A stretch of 64,000 bases of DNA, taken from positions 37,286-101,285 of the IMG/VR virus record IMGVR_UViG_3300034190_001539, one strand, 5' to 3'. The notes beneath the pieces are model-generated. The model was not told the DNA's origin. It made no database searches and worked only from the letters and a program-made list of their open reading frames with translations. Shown piece after piece: positions 18,122-26,883 of this stretch. Numbering within the stretch: the stretch's first letter is position 1; every line of letters begins with the position of its first letter. Source of the DNA: a virus. A program made the position numbers and the translations under genes.

Positions 18122-19699
18122 TTAGTTAATTAACCAATCTAACGATTCTTTTTCTCCATTGGGTCCTACTTCCATTTCCCAAGAATTATTTTGATTGGTT
18201 GGTGTTTGTGGCAACATCTGTGATGCTACTCCACTTAAAGTTCTCTTAGTTAATTCTATTCCCTCATTTTTGAGTCTTAATGCAGTATCTCTTACCCAAA
18301 GTGTAAGAGCAAAACTCATCACTAAATCATCGTTGTATCCTGTCATCGCTTCAGCTTTATTATTGTTATATATAAATACAAACAATTCATCAATTAATCT
18401 ATTTGAGCGAGCAATAACTGACTTTTCTCTGAAGTATTCTTCTAATTTAGCAATAACTAATGGTCGTGTTTTGGATGTCATACTAAATCCAGCTACCATA
18501 TTTCTATCTGCAATTCTATACTTATTAGTCATTTGATGTTCTGTATCTACATACTTTAAATCTTTACTTGTGTAAAATAAATTTTCATAACCCCTATCAA
18601 TACATTGTTGTAGTGTAGCCCAACCTATATTGTTGTTCTCTACTACCAACAAAGCATTATTATATTCTGTTGCTGTATTTACACATAAGTTTCCAAAATC
18701 TTTTGTTGATATTTTACCTTTATATTCTGCTACTTGTTCCATAGTTTCTATATCCATAACGTGAAATGCAGAATAATCAGAACCATCTCCTCTGCTGACA
18801 TCAGCACTTAGTACATAATCTTTAGTATAGTTTGCTGGTTGCCATACCCAAAGGTTACTATCTATCCCTCTCTTCTCTAATGGGTCTGTAACGTGTGTTT
18901 GTTTATACTCTTCTAAGATTACACCATCTATGACAGTCTGTCCTGAAGTTAAGAAGTCACAATCACATTCTTGAGCAGCTAAAGAAGGACCCAATAGTCT
19001 ATCTTGCTCTTTTCTCCATTCATCATTTCTTTCAGGATGTAAGTTCCAATGTAGTTTGATAAAGTTCCAATCGTTACTACCATCTTCTGCACCAACCCAA
19101 GTCTTATGAAACCAATTACCTATACCATTTGGTGTAGATAGTGCAATACATTGTCCACCAGTAGATAGTGTCTGTGAAGCAGCAGCCCATATCGGTTCAA
19201 TCTTATCAATGAAAGCAGCCTCATCTAATATCAAAAGAGACAAAGCCTCAGAACGACCACTATCCTCGCCGCTAGAAACAGCTTTTATCTGTGAACCATT
19301 ATTATATCGTAATGATAGTTTATTATCTTCTGTACATTTCTGTTTTAACCAACTTGGCAAATTAGCGTGCATTACCCTAACCTTTGTAACTAAGTTTTTA
19401 GCAGTATCTTGTTTGGTTGCAATCACTAATATATTTTTGTCTTGATGAAATGTCATCATCCAAAGGGAGTATCCGGCTGACAACGTAGACAAACCTAACT
19501 GACGAGCTTTTAGAATTACATTGAACCTATGTTCTTCAAATGTTTTAAGAGATTCTTCTTGAAACGGCCAAAGATGAAATGGAACTTTACCTTTAATTGG
19601 GTGCTGAACAACACAATACTTTTTTAAAAAGTATATAGGATCTTTAGCGCATTTCTTATATTCGCTTTTTATTACCTCTTTTAGTTGTCCTGGTTTCAT
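18122..19699 (-). CDS. gp17: Terminase large subunit (T4 gp17 family)
   Basis: Walker A LKARQLGLST, Walker B LLILDEAAF, STPNG, nuclease ADVSRGDGSDYS and NDDLVM; ATG at 19699 overlaps upstream TAA (TAATG). Confidence 0.96.
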   Translation of the reverse strand: MKPGQLKEVIKSEYKKCAKDPIYFLKKYCVVQHPIKGKVPFHLWPFQEESLKTFEEHRFNVILKARQLGLSTLSAGYSLWMMTFHQDKNILVIATKQDTAKNLVTKVRVMHANLPSWLKQKCTEDNKLSLRYNNGSQIKAVSSGEDSGRSEALSLLILDEAAFIDKIEPIWAAASQTLSTGGQCIALSTPNGIGNWFHKTWVGAEDGSNDWNFIKLHWNLHPERNDEWRKEQDRLLGPSLAAQECDCDFLTSGQTVIDGVILEEYKQTHVTDPLEKRGIDSNLWVWQPANYTKDYVLSADVSRGDGSDYSAFHVMDIETMEQVAEYKGKISTKDFGNLCVNTATEYNNALLVVENNNIGWATLQQCIDRGYENLFYTSKDLKYVDTEHQMTNKYRIADRNMVAGFSMTSKTRPLVIAKLEEYFREKSVIARSNRLIDELFVFIYNNNKAEAMTGYNDDLVMSFALTLWVRDTALRLKNEGIELTKRTLSGVASQMLPQTPTNQNNSWEMEVGPNGEKESLDWLIN

Positions 19700-20085
19700 T
19701 ATATTTTTCCTAAGATAAATCCTATTCCTAACCAAAGATATTGATTCTCATACCATTTTGGTTTAATTACTTCTACTAATTCTTCATTAGTTTTATCACG
19801 AATTTTTAATAAATCAATTTGTTTTCTCTGAGCAAGCATTAATAAAGAATCTAATTTTATTTGTTCTTCTAATTGATTAATTACATCGTCACAATCAACA
19901 ATCGATTCTTTGTAGCCTTCTATCAATGAATCTGCTTTAGCTAATTTGCCTTCCCATTGTGCATCACGAGCTTTCAACATTTCTAATGCTTGTTCTTTTG
20001 TAAAAGAAGTTATTTCTTTTCCATCTTTTTGAATTGATTGTCCAAGTAAAGGAACTATTAATAATAGTGATAAAAAATATTTCAT
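19699..20085 (-). CDS. Secreted/membrane coiled-coil protein (signal peptide + C-terminal hydrophobic anchor)
   Basis: MKYFLSLLLIVPLLG|Q signal-like N-terminus; coiled coil; C-terminal KWYENQYLWLGIGFILGKI. Confidence 0.6.
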   Translation of the reverse strand: MKYFLSLLLIVPLLGQSIQKDGKEITSFTKEQALEMLKARDAQWEGKLAKADSLIEGYKESIVDCDDVINQLEEQIKLDSLLMLAQRKQIDLLKIRDKTNEELVEVIKPKWYENQYLWLGIGFILGKI

Positions 20086-20086
20086 A

Positions 20087-20380
20087 CTAACCGTGTTTTT
20101 TAAGAACATAAATTACAGCACTACTTGCAGCTGTTATTTTACTTAATGATAAATCATATACTACACCTGCAGTTAGATTTGCAGCTGGAATTGTTCCACC
20201 ATCTGATAAATGAAATACAGCGCTTCCATGTGTTTTTACTATTACAGCACTTGCGCCATAATTTGATCCTGTATAAGCAGTCATTCCGTCTGATACTACT
20301 GATGCAGAAATATATGTTCCTGGATGTCCTTTTTTTTGAAAATCAGAATATTCTGATGGTGAGTCGTGCATATTTGACAT
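20087..20380 (-). CDS. Small hypothetical protein, possibly virion decoration
   Basis: 97-aa beta-rich ORF with SD GGGAG; contains SAS and TGS motifs. Confidence 0.55.
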   Translation of the reverse strand: MSNMHDSPSEYSDFQKKGHPGTYISASVVSDGMTAYTGSNYGASAVIVKTHGSAVFHLSDGGTIPAANLTAGVVYDLSLSKITAASSAVIYVLKKHG

Positions 20381-20391
20381 TTTGTTTCTCC

Positions 20392-20700
20392 CTATTTCTT
20401 AGCAAAGTTTCTTAAAAAATCTTCAGCTGATTCGACTTCATCATTGTCATAAGCTTCCTGCATTTTTTGAGTTTTCTTTTTGCTATTAGTTAATTTACGT
20501 TTAAGGTTTCCTATCTCTTTTTTGGAAGATTTTTTGTTTTCCTCCATTACCTTTATTTCTTTTTCAACTTTTTTCTCTTCTTTTTTGTTTACTTTTATAA
20601 CTTCTTTTAACTTTTCTACTTCTTTACTTTTAACTGATTTAGCAGCAAAGAGTGCGCCAACTACGCCAAAAAATCCGAGTATTAATTTCCAAATTTTCAT
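20392..20700 (-). CDS. N-terminal TM + basic coiled-coil protein (possible i-spanin-like)
   Basis: MKIWKLILGFFGVVGALFAA then K/E coiled coil. Confidence 0.5.
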   Translation of the reverse strand: MKIWKLILGFFGVVGALFAAKSVKSKEVEKLKEVIKVNKKEEKKVEKEIKVMEENKKSSKKEIGNLKRKLTNSKKKTQKMQEAYDNDEVESAEDFLRNFAKK

Positions 20701-21227
20701 TATTGTTTCTCCAGTTCGTTTAAAGCCTTTGTGTATTCTTCTAAGGCTTCGTCAGCCATAGTGTTTATTTGTGTCATATCAATATTCCATTTTTCTTTTT
20801 CCAATTCAGGATGATTAACACCAACTTGATTATAAAATTCAGGAGCTTTTTGATTTCTAAACTCATTTATTTTTTCTATAGAATCTTTTAGAAATGATAT
20901 TTTATTCTTCCTAATTTTTTCTTCAGCCCATTCATCATATTTGCCAGCTATTCTCATTTTGTTTTCTATTTTTACTTGACAATCAAAACAATGTCCAAAT
21001 AGTCTCCACATTTTATCATCTAAATTTTGTTTCATAACAGAATCACAGTTAGGACAAAACCAAGGCATTCTAACACCCTGCATTAGTTCTGTCATTTTAG
21101 GAATAACATCGCCCTTTTCTTTCTCCTTACCTTTGTAACCAACCATTACTCTTTTATCAGGAGTTCTACCTTTCAGTAAATCACCTAATGCTTTATTCTG
21201 TCTTTCTGCTTCTTTGCTGTATCCCAT
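20700..21227 (-). CDS. Hypothetical Zn-finger protein
   Basis: CPNC...CFDC pairs, 175 aa. Confidence 0.6.
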   Translation of the reverse strand: MGYSKEAERQNKALGDLLKGRTPDKRVMVGYKGKEKEKGDVIPKMTELMQGVRMPWFCPNCDSVMKQNLDDKMWRLFGHCFDCQVKIENKMRIAGKYDEWAEEKIRKNKISFLKDSIEKINEFRNQKAPEFYNQVGVNHPELEKEKWNIDMTQINTMADEALEEYTKALNELEKQ

Positions 21228-21229
21228 AA

Positions 21230-24200
21230 TTACCTCGTAAACTTTAACATACCTAGTATTTGATTAACAGGTGCAAATGCTCCTGTATATTTGAAAACCT
21301 TTCCTTTAAACACAAAAGTAATACCCTCACTCGGTATAATCTTTTTAAAGCCACCCAAAGCATTTAATCTATCTAATTGAGTTTTTAACATTTCTAATTT
21401 AGAAGGATCTTTAGCTTTTTTTACCTGAGCTATTACTTTTATCAAATCTTTTTTTATTTTTTGTACAGCCTTATCAGGATTAGCTGCTATAAAATCTTTC
21501 ATATTACTTAGTACCTCAGCACCTAATTCAAAGAAAAGAACTTCCCAATCTCTTATGTGCTTTTTCTGTAGCTTGGCATGATCGTTTTTATCAGTAGACA
21601 ATACCCAATCTAAAAACTTAGGATAATCCTTTAAGTCTTTTTTAATCTGTGGAATCTTATATGATTTATCAAAGAAAGCCCACCTCTTCAAAAGACCAGC
21701 CATAACATTATTTGTTACATTAGGATTGTCTGTTTGTTTTCCACCATTAAATATATACTCATACCAATATGCCTGATGATAATCTGATAATGTGTCTGTA
21801 TCTTTTAAATCAAATTCTTTTTTTAATTTGTTTAACTTACCTAAAAAGTAACTTTGTCTGGCAGAAAAGTCTTTTACCTTTGGTAGATTAGCAACAAATG
21901 GTTGTGTAATCTTAAATGCTTTTTGTACATTTTGATTAACTTGCTTTATCATACCAGCCAAAACTCTTGCACTTCCTCTATCTTCCCCTTGCGGAGAACC
22001 TGCGGAATCATATTCTATTGTTCCGTGAAACTGTAATAATGCTTTATCATATGGTATAACATTTACTGTCTTTGGATATATGACTTCTAAAGACATAAAC
22101 TTTTTACCTTCATCAAATATTTTATCCTTTTGCGCTTTACTTAATTTACTAACCGCTATCTGTAAATCTCTTATAGCATAAACAAAGGCTTTTTCAATAT
22201 CACCTCTACCCGCAAACATATTTTTAATACCATTAATATCTAATGCGTTAGCACCAAAATTTTTAATATGTCCTTTGTTACGAGCTGCGATAAGTTTATT
22301 ATTTTTCCAACTTACCATTATATTCTGTCCATCTGTTTTTTCAGTAACAGCGCCTTCACTACTAAGATTACCTTGTAATGTATTAATAATTAGTGTTTTA
22401 AAATCTGAAAATGTAAGATTTTTATCGTCAAATGGATGACTTAAATGACCATAAGCTCCGCCCATAAGCAGTAACTCCTTTTCTTTGTTTCTTTGTCTTA
22501 GTTTATTTTTACTATTTATTTGTTCTTTTAAATCTATTTCATCACCCTCATATGAATCACCATCAGCACCAGCTGCAAATAGAGTACCAATAATATTATC
22601 AATTGCTGCTGTACTTCCCATCCAATTTACTACTTCCCAACCTAATGGTTTTACTACCTGTTCCATCCAATTTTTGTACTTAGTAACTGCCATAGTAGAA
22701 CCATTTGCTTGTCCATGATCTAAATAAGTTAGTGGTACAGATCTATATTGATCTGTTATTGAATTTTTTGCATCGGAACTCAAAACATAATCTAAAACTT
22801 TCCAACCGGCATCTTTGTAAATTGAATCCAACCATTCTTTAGAAGTCTTTTTGTATGTTTCATAATCTGTATAAAATGTGGAAGGACCATCATCTAAGTT
22901 TCCAGCAGGTGTGGATGATGATTCTAATAAAAATTCTTCAATTAATTCATCCGTCAATATGTATGATTCAAATAACTTTTTGAAATTATTCGTCATCATA
23001 GTATACACAGCTTTATCATAATATCCAAATGATTTTTTAAATAGTTTTTCTCTGGCGCCATCATCAATTTTAGGATCACCTAATAACTTTCTCATCTGTG
23101 TTCCACTTATATTACCTGATTTTGGTGCTTGAACAAAATATCCGTGTTCTTCAAAACCCTTTATATCATTCTTATTTTTTTTATAATCTTGATAGTATGA
23201 TTTACTACCATCTTTCTTTTTACCACCTTTTAAACGACCAGCATCTTTTTCACCAAAAGCAAAAACAACTGCTGTATTATTACTATTAAATTTTTTCAAT
23301 AAATTATTTGGAACATATGGCGACTTTTCTTTAATGATACGATTTTTTGGAATACCCATTTTAATCATATGTGAAGCTTTTTCTTTAAAGTTCATCGGAT
23401 GCCGTGGTGGTTGTTTTATATCAGAAGTTGTTATATAAACATCATCAAAGTTTGATTTCATCCACTTATATGTAGCTAAATGTCCACTATGAAATGGTTG
23501 AAATCTTCCACCAAATACACCGATTAGTTTTTTATCTTTGTTTTCGTTCAAATTAGATGCACTATCCCCATTATCAACTATAGAATATACAACATTTTCC
23601 ATATACAAGTCAAGACTTTCTTTTATATTTTTTGCTTTTTTATAACCACTACCATATGGAACTGAAGTATTACCTTTCTTCTTCATTTTCTTAACCATCT
23701 TACGGCTTGGTGATGGTAATGTTCCTGCTGGTGCTCCAAATTCTTCATTCTTCTTTTTGGTTTTCTTTTTCATCTTATTTATGTAAGCTCTATAGACAGC
23801 TGCTTCCGAACTCTTGCCCATCTCTTTAGCTCTCTGTTCCATAGCTACAGCAGCTTGTATCTTATGTGCGTGTTTTTTACCACTTCCACTTATCTTACTA
23901 ACTGATGCTTTAGCATCTTTGACTGTAGCAAACTTTAATCCTTTAATTGTTCCTTTTGGATTCTCATCCGTATATAAATCTGAATGAGACTTTGAACCAC
24001 GATGTTGTCCTTTCTTACGAGGAACTCTTGGTTCTTCAGATACATTTTTTAAATAATCTTTATCTTTGGCCATTCTAAATTTTACAACTGGCTTTCCATT
24101 TATTGTTGGCATTCCGTGTTTGTCTTTTCCGATATTTTTAACAAATACCTTTTTGTTTTTAAATCTACCCACTTTAATTGTATCACCAACATTTACATCT

Positions 24201-25018
24201 ATCTTTATAGCCTCAAAGAAACGAGATTGGCCTGGATCTTTAAATACTTTTTGAAATTTCTTTTCTTTTCTTAACCAAGCTTTTGCTATTTTACTTTTTG
24301 GTTTTAATTTCATAAATTTATTTATACCCTTATCAACTAACATCTTAAATTTACTTTGTGCTTGTTTAGGGCTAAGAAATTTATTATTACCAACTACCAT
24401 AAAATTACTCATACCAAACAAACCTTGAAAAAATGCTAAATTGTTTTGAACATCTTGCCAACTTTGACGAACAATCTTTTCAGGAACAACCCTTGCCCTT
24501 TCTTCATTTCTCTGTAAAGCAACTTCTAAAGAGGTATTGACAAAAACCATAAAACAATCGTAACCCAATGCTTCTAATTTCTGTTTCTTTTCTTTTACAG
24601 AACCATATTTGTGTCCAGTTCCATCTATGATTACACCCAATCTACCATTGGTATATAATCTCAATCTTTCTTTACTTAAAGATTTAGCAAATTTTCTTAA
24701 ACCGCTTGTATCATAATCTACAGGATCGCCATTTCTATCTACACCTGTCAAATCAGCAAACAATTCATCTGGCATAATGTCTAAGTCTGTAGTACCATAA
24801 TATTTTTTTAATAACATTTCCAATTCAGAATCTTGATTTACCATCTTCAAACCTGTTTTAGAAACATTTATCTTTTCAGGTATACCGAATAATTGAGAAG
24901 CTACATATGATTTACCACTTCCAGGCCCTCCAGCTAAAAAGATAGCTTTAAATATGCCAGGATCCCTAGCTCCTTCGTTTAGAAATGGTTTTGTTAAAAA
25001 TTCTGTAAGTTTATCCAT
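21230..25018 (-). CDS. Multi-domain protein: P-loop kinase + small basic modules + HxGH cytidylyltransferase-like + C-terminal KxDG ligase/nucleotidyltransferase-like domain
   Basis: AGGPGSGKS / VIIDGTG / VALQRNEER (AAA_33/zeta-like); GGRFQPFHSGH...ISGTQMR; GGAYGHLSHPFDD...TEKTDGQN...SEGITF. Confidence 0.8.
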   Translation of the reverse strand: MDKLTEFLTKPFLNEGARDPGIFKAIFLAGGPGSGKSYVASQLFGIPEKINVSKTGLKMVNQDSELEMLLKKYYGTTDLDIMPDELFADLTGVDRNGDPVDYDTSGLRKFAKSLSKERLRLYTNGRLGVIIDGTGHKYGSVKEKKQKLEALGYDCFMVFVNTSLEVALQRNEERARVVPEKIVRQSWQDVQNNLAFFQGLFGMSNFMVVGNNKFLSPKQAQSKFKMLVDKGINKFMKLKPKSKIAKAWLRKEKKFQKVFKDPGQSRFFEAIKIDVNVGDTIKVGRFKNKKVFVKNIGKDKHGMPTINGKPVVKFRMAKDKDYLKNVSEEPRVPRKKGQHRGSKSHSDLYTDENPKGTIKGLKFATVKDAKASVSKISGSGKKHAHKIQAAVAMEQRAKEMGKSSEAAVYRAYINKMKKKTKKKNEEFGAPAGTLPSPSRKMVKKMKKKGNTSVPYGSGYKKAKNIKESLDLYMENVVYSIVDNGDSASNLNENKDKKLIGVFGGRFQPFHSGHLATYKWMKSNFDDVYITTSDIKQPPRHPMNFKEKASHMIKMGIPKNRIIKEKSPYVPNNLLKKFNSNNTAVVFAFGEKDAGRLKGGKKKDGSKSYYQDYKKNKNDIKGFEEHGYFVQAPKSGNISGTQMRKLLGDPKIDDGAREKLFKKSFGYYDKAVYTMMTNNFKKLFESYILTDELIEEFLLESSSTPAGNLDDGPSTFYTDYETYKKTSKEWLDSIYKDAGWKVLDYVLSSDAKNSITDQYRSVPLTYLDHGQANGSTMAVTKYKNWMEQVVKPLGWEVVNWMGSTAAIDNIIGTLFAAGADGDSYEGDEIDLKEQINSKNKLRQRNKEKELLLMGGAYGHLSHPFDDKNLTFSDFKTLIINTLQGNLSSEGAVTEKTDGQNIMVSWKNNKLIAARNKGHIKNFGANALDINGIKNMFAGRGDIEKAFVYAIRDLQIAVSKLSKAQKDKIFDEGKKFMSLEVIYPKTVNVIPYDKALLQFHGTIEYDSAGSPQGEDRGSARVLAGMIKQVNQNVQKAFKITQPFVANLPKVKDFSARQSYFLGKLNKLKKEFDLKDTDTLSDYHQAYWYEYIFNGGKQTDNPNVTNNVMAGLLKRWAFFDKSYKIPQIKKDLKDYPKFLDWVLSTDKNDHAKLQKKHIRDWEVLFFELGAEVLSNMKDFIAANPDKAVQKIKKDLIKVIAQVKKAKDPSKLEMLKTQLDRLNALGGFKKIIPSEGITFVFKGKVFKYTGAFAPVNQILGMLKFTR

Positions 25019-25042
25019 AATTTCCTATGTTCTTATTCATAT

Positions 25043-25050
25043 ATAAATAT
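25043..25050 (-). promoter_or_regulatory. Putative late promoter ATATTTAT
   Basis: Octamer 24 nt upstream of the 1262-aa gene. Confidence 0.6.
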
Positions 25051-25062
25051 AAAGTTTGTGAA

Positions 25063-26859
25063 TTATCCATTATCGGTGAGTGTAGTTTTTAAAGCGTTGA
25101 AGTCACCACTACCACTTATCTGTGCTTTTAGAGTCTCTACCTGTGAAGATAATTCTTGTATAGCTTTTATCATCGGTGATAGGAATTCATTATATCGTAA
25201 ACTCAACTCAGGATTTGGAATAGCAGTAAAGTTTTCCATTTCCCAATCAGCAGTATCTCTTATATCTTTTTCACTTCCACTTACGCTTGCACTAACAAAC
25301 ATTCTATTTTCAACATATCCTGCAAAGTTGTCTGTGTGGACAGAGGACTTAGCTAATGAGGAAGAAACTTCTTGTGCTATTAAACCATAATGTGGTCTAC
25401 CTTCTGACAACCATTGATACTTTACAGGATTTAAATCATTTATAAAATCTAAACCTAAATCTGAACCACTTATCTGCGTTTTAAGATTTCTATCTGATGT
25501 CTGTATCGTTCCATTTGTAGCTCGAACATCATCCCATCTAAAACTAGAATTACCCAAATCATAAAGATTATCTGTTTGAGGTTGGCAATGACCAAAAACC
25601 TCTATTGCTCTAGTTCCTCTAGGTATTGTGATTTGTTTGTAAAAAGTATTATTGTTCATTGTTCCCAAATGAAAATCATCAGAATCTTCATCATAAACTA
25701 TTTTTGCTCCGTATTGTGGAGCACTTACACTAAAAGTACCTGTTTCGTACCAAGTTATACCACTTCCATTGGTTTCAGCGCCGTCTTGAGCCCGAATGCT
25801 TATCCAATTTTCGTGGTTACTTGTTGTGTCACCTAATCTAAGAACTGTGCCAGCTGAGTTTTTAGTAGTTAAGTGGACATAACCAGGAGTATTAGCTGAA
25901 GAACCATCGCCGCCTACTCCAGGTATTAATTCCACATTTCCACCAGCTGCTTGGCTTAAATAAGAAGCCCCACCTTGTATTCTTACTGAACCACCGGTTC
26001 CAATTGGTGCAGTCTGCCCATTAATTAGAGTAGACACTCCATTATCGGCACCAGAAGCTGAAAGGTGGGTTAATGTTAATTCCGTATCAGCGGCTCTGGG
26101 TCTTAGTTGGTCTCCTAAAAAAGCATTACCAGTTCCTGTCGCAGTAACAGTACTACCAACTATAGCGTTTGCAGCTAGCTGATTTTTACAACTAACAGAA
26201 CCAGAGATTTGAAGTGGATTTGCATTGCTAGTGTCATAATAAAATATTTGATAAGCATCCTTTACATCATCGTAACCGATAGACAATTTATTAACACTAC
26301 CACTAACCCATTTTACATAACCATCACCAAATTGTTCATCCCACATCAAAGAACTTCTCATTCTTCCTTGTGGTGCCATTTTGAAAGATTGTGCTACTGT
26401 TACACCGTTAGCTATAACATCTCCTGATAAGTAATTGGTAGGGTCATTAGTATCATCAGATAATTTAAAATTTTCTGTATATATTGGTATACCCTCTGGC
26501 AAACCTAAAACACTGCAAACTTTTGAACCCCAAAATGTGTAAGATTTAAGACCACCATTTGTAGTGGTTTCTGTATCAGTAAAAGTTATACTACCTGTAT
26601 GTGGTTCTGTAAAGGAGGCTGAGATATAGTCTATACCCATAGTTCCTGCATTAGAGTTTGCATAAAATTTAGAAGCATGCATGCTGACAGCTTCTTCACT
26701 TTGAATATAAGGACTACCCACTGGTATAATATTTATCCTATCAACTATATTTGAAGAACTTATTTGTAAATCAGCATCCGTAGCGAATGATGATGTATAG
26801 TAACTATATTGATCTCCATCTCCTGTTTCTATATTTACTTTAAATGGATAATTTGCCAT
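25063..26859 (-). CDS. Tail fibre/spike with C-terminal intramolecular chaperone (peptidase S74)
   Basis: TSDRNLKTQI...LNPVKYQW...HYGLIAQEV...LRYNEFLSPMIKAIQELS autocleaving chaperone signature. Confidence 0.85.
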   Translation of the reverse strand: MANYPFKVNIETGDGDQYSYYTSSFATDADLQISSSNIVDRINIIPVGSPYIQSEEAVSMHASKFYANSNAGTMGIDYISASFTEPHTGSITFTDTETTTNGGLKSYTFWGSKVCSVLGLPEGIPIYTENFKLSDDTNDPTNYLSGDVIANGVTVAQSFKMAPQGRMRSSLMWDEQFGDGYVKWVSGSVNKLSIGYDDVKDAYQIFYYDTSNANPLQISGSVSCKNQLAANAIVGSTVTATGTGNAFLGDQLRPRAADTELTLTHLSASGADNGVSTLINGQTAPIGTGGSVRIQGGASYLSQAAGGNVELIPGVGGDGSSANTPGYVHLTTKNSAGTVLRLGDTTSNHENWISIRAQDGAETNGSGITWYETGTFSVSAPQYGAKIVYDEDSDDFHLGTMNNNTFYKQITIPRGTRAIEVFGHCQPQTDNLYDLGNSSFRWDDVRATNGTIQTSDRNLKTQISGSDLGLDFINDLNPVKYQWLSEGRPHYGLIAQEVSSSLAKSSVHTDNFAGYVENRMFVSASVSGSEKDIRDTADWEMENFTAIPNPELSLRYNEFLSPMIKAIQELSSQVETLKAQISGSGDFNALKTTLTDNG

Positions 26860-26883
26860 TTTATTTTACTCCTATTATTAACC

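Noticed and set aside
16306-19699. Inteins or introns in portal/terminase
   Set aside because: Lengths and motif spacing are normal; no intein termini or LAGLIDADG motifs seen.
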